This document shows positions 49,548 to 55,910 of a stretch of 55,910 bases of DNA, piece after piece. The notes under the pieces were generated by a model, which made no database searches, had not been told where the DNA came from, and saw only the letters and a program-made list of their open reading frames with translations. The stretch's first letter is position 1, and each line of letters begins with the position of its first letter. Position numbers and translations under genes: made by a program. The DNA is taken from IMG/VR virus record IMGVR_UViG_3300043446_005140, positions 1-55,910 of that record. The stretch is one strand, 5' to 3'. This DNA comes from a virus (Duplodnaviria > Caudoviricetes).

Positions 49548-50006
49548 TCAATGGCCAGTGGGTGACCACGCAGGGATGGTACGGACGTTCCAACGGCGAT
49601 CCGGTGTCAGCGCCGCTAGACGGACGGCTTGGGCGTGGATCGTCTTGGCAGGCACCGAGTGGATGCACCGCTGCGAGACTTGGTCCACCAGATGGGGCGG
49701 AACCGAGATGATCACCAGCTCGTACGTGTAACCGAATGCGCCGGCGCCCAGCGTGTACGGAGTAATTTCCGCCAGGGTGGTGTTGGTGTTGTCGACGATG
49801 ACGTGCGGCGTGTTATCGCCCAGTAGATTGATGTATCTGCGGTAACAGCGATCATGCGCCGTTTGAAGCTGATTTGGGTCAAACCGATATTTCCCGTCGA
49901 CCGAAAAGTGATCGTCGGCTGACACCATAACCCCTCCCAACGTCCGACCGTACGTTGACTTCCCAGCGCCAGATACCCCCGCCAATATGGTCACATGGTT
50001 TTTCAT
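49548..50006 (-). CDS. P-loop kinase (AAA_33/N4BP2-like)
   Basis: GVSGAGKST, SADDHF, AH, VIVDNTN and R..H.VP motifs. Confidence 0.85.
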   Translation of the reverse strand: MKNHVTILAGVSGAGKSTYGRTLGGVMVSADDHFSVDGKYRFDPNQLQTAHDRCYRRYINLLGDNTPHVIVDNTNTTLAEITPYTLGAGAFGYTYELVIISVPPHLVDQVSQRCIHSVPAKTIHAQAVRLAALTPDRRWNVRTIPAWSPTGH

Positions 50007-50138
50007 GACGGCATGGTGCCATGTACCTAGAGAGGTGTGCCAGATAATTTGGACTGGGAGTGCTGGGGTGTTCGGCGCGCCGTTATTTTTGCGCCCAGTG
50101 TGCGTGTGCGCGTGGCCCGCGATCCAACAACCAACGCA

Positions 50139-50378
50139 TCAAGTACCGCCGTTTGCCAAGTAGTCTCGGCGATAACGCATCTCCGGAAACACTTGGACGA
50201 TGGCATCCAGTTGGGTTTCCGTCAGAGGAACGTTTTCGCCGTTGATCCAATCGCCAATCAACTGGGCCTGGGAATTGTCCATTGGCCCCAGAATCCCCAT
50301 TAGTTTCTGTAGTTGCTGGCGGGCGTAATCTTGTAGGGTGCCGCACTTGGCGGCAAACAGTGCAACGTCGACATCCAT
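50139..50378 (-). CDS. Small protein with degenerate XRE-like segment
   Basis: IGDWINGENVP resembles the recognition-helix end of XRE proteins. Confidence 0.45.
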   Translation of the reverse strand: MDVDVALFAAKCGTLQDYARQQLQKLMGILGPMDNSQAQLIGDWINGENVPLTETQLDAIVQVFPEMRYRRDYLANGGT

Positions 50379-50676
50379 GACAATTTGTAGCCGACAACAA
50401 TTGCCCGTTTAATAGTTCCCCCAAAGGCATGCCAAAACACCAGGTGCCAAAAAACCACCCCCCTGGAAAACGACAAATCGAATCCCAGCTAGGGAACAAC
50501 CCGGCTGGAAAATTGAAAACCCAGGTGTGGGGAAAATCGTTCTGGTGAGGGACCGGCCAAACCATAAACGGTGGCTTGGCGATCAATACAGCCCACGTCA
50601 GACCCCAATTTTCCCCCCAAATTTGGCTCTAAATAGGAGCGATCCGAAATTGCTCGAAAATGTCGGACAAAGTGGT

Positions 50677-50818
50677 TGGCATAACCCTTGCTAGGGCGGG
50701 CATGTGGGGGCGTGTCGTTATACTGAACGGCACGGAACTTGCAATGTTCATGTATGTCCGTGTGCGATGCATGTTGGCACGGATCGTGCTTTCAAAATTT
50801 CTCGGCACGGATCGTGCA
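50677..50818 (+). promoter_or_regulatory. Cluster of four tandem sigma54-type motifs
   Basis: TGGCATAACCCTTGCT (50677), CGGCACGGAACTTGCA (50728), TGGCACGGATCGTGCT (50775), CGGCACGGATCGTGCA (50803); all GG-N10-GC. Confidence 0.7.
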
Positions 50819-50826
50819 AGCTAATT

Positions 50827-50850
50827 GGGGAGGGGGTTAGCCCCCCCCCC
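50827..50850. terminator. G/C hairpin, putative terminator
   Basis: GGGGAGGGGG-TTAG-CCCCCCCCCC just beyond the stop of the minus-strand ORF. Confidence 0.5.
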
Positions 50851-50857
50851 TCTGGGG

Positions 50858-51043
50858 TTACATCTCGTACTTTACGCTAAACCCTTGGGATGCAAGGTAT
50901 TTGACCACTTCCCCCCATCCTGGGTCCTGCGGGTCCTCTAGAACCGTAATGGTTTTTCCTTTGCGCGTGCCACCCATCAATGTCTCTAGCGCCCAGGGAG
51001 CCATAAATCCGACACTCTCTAGTGTATCGTTCCACTTTTTCAT
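50858..51043 (-). CDS. Small hypothetical early protein
   Basis: GGAGG RBS; leader nearly identical to that of ORF 68; sigma54-like motif upstream. Confidence 0.7.
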   Translation of the reverse strand: MKKWNDTLESVGFMAPWALETLMGGTRKGKTITVLEDPQDPGWGEVVKYLASQGFSVKYEM

Positions 51044-51067
51044 CGTTGCCTCCGTGCATAGGTGTAT

Positions 51068-51083
51068 TGCAGCAATCATACCA
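51068..51083 (-). promoter_or_regulatory. sigma54-type motif (leftward)
   Basis: Reverse strand TGGTATGATTGCTGCA, in the same position relative to the leader as the motif at 28-43. Confidence 0.5.
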
Positions 51084-51211
51084 AGCCGATGATTACTCTA
51101 AGTGCATGAAATCATTGGTGTGTTCTCGTGTAGTTGGCGGGAAATCTGGATCTCGAATTATCCAGTGCCCTGGATCGTTTGATCCATCGTCCAATCTTAC
51201 TAGGAAAACGA

Positions 51212-51293
51212 TGCATACCCATGACGTTCGTGTCATAGCGGAAATGCCGGACAAATCTGTTCTGGGGTGAGCTGCCCATGCATTGAATGTCAT
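51212..51293. promoter_or_regulatory. Paired TGAC-N6-GTCA palindromes (candidate enhancer/operator)
   Basis: TGCATACCCATGACGTTCGTGTCAT plus a degenerate copy 57 bp downstream; same arrangement at 53411-53492. Confidence 0.55.
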
Positions 51294-51358
51294 GGGGTCA
51301 TGTATGGCAAGTGTGACGATAATCGGCAAATACCGATGAGTGACGCCAGCCGATTGCT

Positions 51359-51374
51359 TGGCACTAGCGGTGCA
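51359..51374 (+). promoter_or_regulatory. sigma54-type motif
   Basis: TGGCACTAGCGGTGCA directly upstream of ATG 51388. Confidence 0.55.
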
Positions 51375-51387
51375 ATTGGTATTTGGC

Positions 51388-51591
51388 ATGAACGCAACGA
51401 TCAAAATCAAAACCGTCGCGCCAAACTACGCGGTCGTCACCCCATACACACGTACGGTCTGCGACAGACTGGAAGCGGAGTATCGCTATTGGGTACTACG
51501 AGAAATGGGCGTGCCAGTGACGATGGGATTGTGGATCGCAGGGGCGATCCGGCAAGTCGAGGCAACTGCGAACCATGAGGTGCTGGCGTGA
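51388..51591 (+). CDS. Hypothetical early protein
   Basis: ORF MNATIKIK...; start inferred from promoter position. Confidence 0.5.
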   Translation: MNATIKIKTVAPNYAVVTPYTRTVCDRLEAEYRYWVLREMGVPVTMGLWIAGAIRQVEATANHEVLA

Positions 51592-51848
51592 TTATTTGGC
51601 GACGAAGGGGGGTGAATTGGAATTTCAATTAAGTTTATAAATATCTTAATTTGCACACATCACATTGAGATCCAAAAAAACCGTAATTGGATCTCGGTTT
51701 ATCGCACTGGGCACCCCGCTTTAGCGTGGGCTGTAGTCAGGCAATTGCAACGACGGGGGCACACTGTCAGGGTGAACGGCAAGCCCCCATGATTGGAGGA
51801 GTATGCAGAGTGCAAACAATTCGGTGAGATCGAATAGGAGTAAACACC

Positions 51849-52115
51849 ATGCGAGTAGTCGAAATACGGGTATGCGCCGATTGCTATGTTGCAATTGGGG
51901 CGGGAGACTATAGTTCGTTCGATTACCATTATGGAGATGCCGCGGAAGAGCGGATGCGTGAAGTACAGCAGGCGATCGCTAAGCTCCCAGGGGACGCCGT
52001 GGCAAATTGCCAAGATGAAGGGCATTTCTCTTGGATGCCATGTCAATGTTGCGAATGCAATCTAGGGGGAGATCGATTCGAGGTAGCTTTACTTGGAGAC
52101 GACGATGATCGATGA
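51849..52115 (+). CDS. Cys-rich putative zinc-binding protein
   Basis: CADC ... FSWMPCQCC...LGGDR; AGGAG RBS. Confidence 0.75.
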   Translation: MRVVEIRVCADCYVAIGAGDYSSFDYHYGDAAEERMREVQQAIAKLPGDAVANCQDEGHFSWMPCQCCECNLGGDRFEVALLGDDDDR

Positions 52116-52374
52116 TTTCCATATTCCAGAAGACTCGGTATTGATATTTGGTGATCACCGTGGACTCTACATTCCTCGCGATTTCGCGATTCAATGCGGT
52201 GAGCGGTGGGGATTAGATGCAGGCGATATCGAGATCCTTAGTTGTGGGCCAGATCATGCGCTCTATTGGGAAGTGTGGGACGATACTTTGGAGACATGTG
52301 CACTCGAATATGATGGCAAGCGTTGGAGACTATTCCAGGACGGGGATCTGTGGGCGATCCCCGAAGAATTGTGA
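52093..52374 (+). CDS. Conserved-looking phage hypothetical protein
   Basis: D.RG.YIPRDF...GPD...YWEVWD...L.QDGDLW pattern. Confidence 0.75.
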   Translation: METTMIDDFHIPEDSVLIFGDHRGLYIPRDFAIQCGERWGLDAGDIEILSCGPDHALYWEVWDDTLETCALEYDGKRWRLFQDGDLWAIPEEL

Positions 52375-52411
52375 AATTAGCAATCACAAGCAAGCGATGA
52401 TGGGAGGCGAC

Positions 52412-52576
52412 ATGGTTGATTCAGAAGGTAAGCCGATGGTGTTCTTCTCGGACGATGAATTGCACAAAGCTGCACTCGCTATTCTGGAATTGCTAGACAT
52501 TGAATTTGCGAGCTTCAGTATCATAAATGGTGAACTCACGATACACACTGCGATGTATCGGGAGAAAGACCGATGA
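52412..52576 (+). CDS. Small hypothetical protein
   Basis: GGAGG RBS before ATG 52412. Confidence 0.55.
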   Translation: MVDSEGKPMVFFSDDELHKAALAILELLDIEFASFSIINGELTIHTAMYREKDR

Positions 52577-52755
52577 TCCCAGGAACCCAGCTAATAAGGG
52601 CAAACGAGCTGCCCGAGGTATTTCGCATTCACTCGACATATCATCTCCCGATCATGGGCACGGTGGTCACCAGGGGAGCACGGATCGTGATCCGGATCTG
52701 CAATGACGTGATTAGACTCGAACCGAGTCAGCGCGTCGCGGTGTGTGTCGAGTAA
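52573..52755 (+). CDS. Small hypothetical protein
   Basis: ATGA coupling; GGAG RBS. Confidence 0.55.
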   Translation: MIPGTQLIRANELPEVFRIHSTYHLPIMGTVVTRGARIVIRICNDVIRLEPSQRVAVCVE

Positions 52756-52793
52756 TCATCGTTAGCCGATGAAAACATGAAAGTAGGTGGATA

Positions 52794-53018
52794 ATGGATG
52801 ATATATTTGGGGTGTTGGAATACGGCTCAATCGTAGGATCGGATCACGATCGAGGATTAGTTATTACCTATAACGGGTCATGTACGTTCAACGTGTGGCG
52901 AGTCGATGGGTACGAATTTGACAACATTGACTGCTTCACTCGTGACAACGCAACGGCATCGACCGCACGTGCGATAGCGGCGGAATGGTTGGACGCTTGC
53001 CTAGGGGGTGAGCCATGA
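52794..53018 (+). CDS. Small hypothetical protein
   Basis: RBS-like AGGTGG; operonic. Confidence 0.6.
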   Translation: MDDIFGVLEYGSIVGSDHDRGLVITYNGSCTFNVWRVDGYEFDNIDCFTRDNATASTARAIAAEWLDACLGGEP

Positions 53019-53404
53019 GACTGGCAATAGTAAATTCCGACGATCGGTCGTTGACGAAACATCGTTATGTTCTGGCGTTTACGGCGGGGGGTTGGAGCGT
53101 TGCACTGTATACGCTGGTATGGGGGAATAATCTACAGGATGCGTTGGACGAGGCGATCGACTGGATCGCGAGCCACGCGCCCGGACTATTGGCCACCGAG
53201 TACGTTTACTCGGAAATTCAGCGACTGGTGGCGACTGGTGTAGATAACGATACGGCCTGGGAAGAGGCAACTCAAGACATGATATGTGGAGGTAACGCTG
53301 GGGATTACATTTCCAGTGTCTGCGTGCATGTCGTCAAACAGAATCCCTCTAGGGCTGAACTCAAATCGCTAATCAAGCAAAGATCACTACAGGCGACGGT
53401 CTGA
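53015..53404 (+). CDS. Hypothetical protein
   Basis: ATGA coupling; QDALDEAIDW...GNAG.Y pattern. Confidence 0.7.
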   Translation: MRLAIVNSDDRSLTKHRYVLAFTAGGWSVALYTLVWGNNLQDALDEAIDWIASHAPGLLATEYVYSEIQRLVATGVDNDTAWEEATQDMICGGNAGDYISSVCVHVVKQNPSRAELKSLIKQRSLQATV

Positions 53405-53410
53405 AAAGAT

Positions 53411-53492
53411 TGCATACCCGTGACATAATTGTCATGGGGAAAATATCGCAAAAATAATGAATGCGGTGTTTCCCCCATGACATGGCTGTCAT
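53411..53492. promoter_or_regulatory. Paired TGACA-N4-TGTCA palindromes upstream of sigma54 motif
   Basis: CCCGTGACATAATTGTCATGGG (53417-53438) and ATGACATGGCTGTCAT (53477-53492). Confidence 0.6.
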
Positions 53493-53532
53493 AGCTAGTC
53501 GTGTGACCGGCCGATAATCGAGGGGCGATTGT

Positions 53533-53548
53533 TGGCATTGGGCGTGCA
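53533..53548 (+). promoter_or_regulatory. sigma54-type motif
   Basis: TGGCATTGGGCGTGCA; homolog of 28-43. Confidence 0.6.
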
Positions 53549-53573
53549 TTAGCCATGGTCCATGGAGGCAACA

Positions 53574-53882
53574 ATGCAAATCGCAGCATGGGAGTGTACA
53601 ACCGAGACGTTTCTCACCAAGGCGACGGATCTGGGCTGGATCGATGTGCGGCTATCGATCTTTCGCCGGGGGGAGGAGTACCAGATCGTCGGCAGTTCCC
53701 GTGCACAATGGAGACCGGCCGGGGAAGACATTGCTGTTTCGCGTAGGTGTTACCGAGAGAATGTGTGCGACGCTGTGAAGTGCGTCGCTAACGATCTGGG
53801 AGAGGCCGATCGGGAAGCGGAGACGTTGGCCGCCAAGGCGGCCCGTGCGATCATCACTGGGCTGGATCCAGTGGGTTGGTGA
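53574..53882 (+). CDS. Hypothetical early protein (homolog of 68-373)
   Basis: AWECTTETFLTK...GLDPVGW conserved. Confidence 0.85.
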   Translation: MQIAAWECTTETFLTKATDLGWIDVRLSIFRRGEEYQIVGSSRAQWRPAGEDIAVSRRCYRENVCDAVKCVANDLGEADREAETLAAKAARAIITGLDPVGW

Positions 53883-53946
53883 TGTTTCGGACCCCCGTCT
53901 CATGTCGGGACGGGGGTTATTGTGCACAATTGAAACGGAGGTAATC

Positions 53947-54279
53947 ATGGGGAACAAAATTAAAATCAATTTGACCGACGATCGTCCAGTAGTGATCGAT
54001 ACCGACAAGTGGGAGTTGCTGGCGGAAGTTGTTGATTACAATGGACAATTCGAGTCACAAGCGACACGTGTGTGGAAAATTAAAATCAGACAACACAACG
54101 ACAAGGTCGTCGTTTATGGGTGGAGCAAATCGCAATGGCAGGGGGAACGAGATATTTATGCTGGTGAGATCACCGATCTAGCAGGGGTGATCGGTGCAAT
54201 CCGTAGCGTAGCCGACGAAATCGGAAATGAGCGCATCGGGAGGACGGCAATACGGGAGTTACCGGCCCAGGAAATCTAG
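53947..54279 (+). CDS. Hypothetical early protein (homolog of 435-767)
   Basis: GGAGG RBS; conserved protein. Confidence 0.85.
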   Translation: MGNKIKINLTDDRPVVIDTDKWELLAEVVDYNGQFESQATRVWKIKIRQHNDKVVVYGWSKSQWQGERDIYAGEITDLAGVIGAIRSVADEIGNERIGRTAIRELPAQEI

Positions 54280-54329
54280 GCACTGGCGGCTATCGAGGAT
54301 CTGGACGTACTACGAGAACAGGTGGAAAC

Positions 54330-54578
54330 ATGAGTAATTATTACGCAGCGATCGGGAGCGACGGTACGCGCCTGGTGGTGTGGGGCGCTGGTGACGGCGT
54401 TCGCGAGGCGCTCACTGACGCACGTCGGTGGCTGAGCGAACTACCCGTAGAGGACCGTGACGTCGCGTTGACCCTGGAGCCGATCTCGGAATGTCAAATG
54501 GTATTGATCGCTGCTGGCATGATCGGCTGGGCGGAACTAAAGACGAAAAAAGCATGCACACCTAGGGGTGAGTCGTGA
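54330..54578 (+). CDS. Hypothetical protein present only in the right repeat
   Basis: Inserted between the ORF stop and the terminator relative to the left copy. Confidence 0.7.
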   Translation: MSNYYAAIGSDGTRLVVWGAGDGVREALTDARRWLSELPVEDRDVALTLEPISECQMVLIAAGMIGWAELKTKKACTPRGES

Positions 54579-54971
54579 TTCGCGTTAGCTTGTAACGATC
54601 CAGATAGCGACAAATTGACCCCCGTGGCGACGACCTCGGGGGTTTCGTCGTTTAATGGCAAATAATGGCAAATAATGGCAAATTGGCGAATTTAGTGAAG
54701 GTGCTTTGATTTGTCGCACGGGATGCACGGTCTGTTGGATCGCGGGCCAGGGGCGCATGGTCCAGTGGTGCATGGTCCAGGGACGCACGGGATGCAGCGG
54801 ACGCACGGGACGCACGGGACGCACGATCGGTGTCCCATAGGGTGTCCCATATAGCCACTAGGTGTCCTATAGATCGGTCGGGGGGCGTATGTGCGAATAT
54901 GTGAATATGCGAATGCACGAATACATGAAAAAGTAAGAGCATAACGAAATCGCGTTAAAGCTCGCCTAAGG

Positions 54972-55006
54972 CGGCACGCTTATTGCAATTGAAAATCATT
55001 TTCAAT
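54972..55006 (+). promoter_or_regulatory. sigma54 motif plus Fur-box-like palindrome (second copy)
   Basis: Identical to 1161-1195. Confidence 0.65.
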
Positions 55007-55910
55007 AAGCATTCGCTTTGGTCCGGTTCTTGCATGCGGTGACTTGGATCGCATTTTGCAGGCGATGACTTGGATCGCATTTTGCAGGCGAAAAACCGGG
55101 CTACTACAGTTTGCTGCCAACTGTCGGCAGATCACGATTTCCGCAGTAGTGTCGCTCACTTGCGTCGCTAGAGCGATGCCGATGTGGTGCCGATAGTCGA
55201 CTGGGCGGTCTCGGCGATGCGCCGGCGCTAGCCTCGACTGGGCCAGTGCGGGAAAACCACCCCATGTCAAACCACCTATATCGCGGGGGGTGTGCGTCCA
55301 GGCATGCAAGGTTCATGCCACCTACATCCACCGTGCCAGTAGTCTGAGCAGGTGGGCAGCAGTAGTTTGAGCAGGTAAGTGGGGGTGGTTCCCTACGTGT
55401 AGGCGAGTTGGAGCGCCCACATGTGGGAGAGGTCGCTCGAAAAAATATTTTTGTTTAGAGTGGGGTACCTATTAGCCCCAACTTTTACCAAACATTTCGG
55501 CCAACTAAATACACGTGTTCATTGATCGCGTCTCGGGCTGGCTTGGATTCCGGGATCTCACATTCCCGCCGCCGCCTTTCGGGGGGCGCGGCGTGTTTCC
55601 AAACACCATCGCCCGATACCCATTGCTGGCTGGCTCGCGATCCGTATTCGGTATCCCGATTACCAGTCTTCGAATCATCGCCTCATTGGCCCATGGCCGG
55701 CTGGCTCGCAATCCAACAACCGACGCACCGGCGACTTGCTTAGCTGGCTAGCACTCTTGGCAGGCGCTGAGCCAACCCAGCAATCCCCACCCCCAAGCAG
55801 CTCGCCTGCCGTCTCGCCCCCCTCCCCAAATGCACACTTTCCGTTGGCCAAAATTCGTCAAAAAACGTCATTATGACGAAAATGTCACAAAGATGTCACA
55901 ATTGCGTCAA

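Larger units (their letters stand above)
1..55910. mobile_element. Near-complete temperate podovirus-like phage genome (unit about 53.5 kb)
   Basis: Terminase, portal, scaffold, capsid, adaptor/nozzle, ejection-type proteins, integrase, repressor and replication genes are all present. No host housekeeping genes. The two ends are homologous. Confidence 0.95.
53506..55910 (+). repeat. Right copy of diverged terminal direct repeat
   Basis: Homologous to 1-2087; carries an extra ORF and several local duplications. Confidence 0.95.

Noticed and set aside
49066-49668. Alternative frames of the hexamer repeat ((RP)n, T/P/A-rich, V/A/G-rich)
   Set aside because: They lack good starts or overlap real genes. 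Only the Ser-X frame is translationally coupled, though the others are not formally excluded.
1-55910. Reverse-transcriptase systems (DGR, retron, group II intron)
   Set aside because: No RT motifs in any ORF, and differences between the repeats are not adenine-specific.

Overview
The window looks like an essentially complete temperate, podovirus-like phage genome of about 53.5 kb (no tape-measure gene). It is bracketed by two homologous but clearly diverged copies of the same region (1-2087 and 53506-55910). Gene order: early small ORFs and a long non-coding control region; DNA methyltransferase; antisense terminase small subunit; terminase large subunit, portal, scaffold, capsid, adaptor, nozzle and four ejection-type proteins; a lysis/accessory block (membrane proteins, lipoproteins, papain-like C1 protease, ClpP, metallophosphoesterase, lectin-like protein, lytic transglycosylase); a leftward integrase/Xis/nuclease/ERF/repressor operon; a rightward replication operon (MTase, PolB, Prim-Pol, ThyX, intein-containing class II RNR, AT-rich putative origin, DnaB, RusA, third MTase); then many small early-type ORFs. 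The most unusual signals are: (1) a set of sigma54 (-24/-12) promoter motifs with repeated upstream palindromes, plus a Fur-box-like and a Pho-box-like site in the conserved non-coding region, with no recognisable phage enhancer-binding protein; (2) a translationally coupled Sm/LSm-like gene plus Ser-Arg/Trp repeat gene pair; (3) a Pro-starting, class-3-like mini-intein at the RNR catalytic cysteine; (4) a stand-alone HigA-N-terminus-like peptide missed by the ORF track; (5) the non-identical terminal repeats. All calls come from motif recognition by eye. No searches were run, and the host (possibly Myxococcota or another sigma54-rich lineage) is only an inference.
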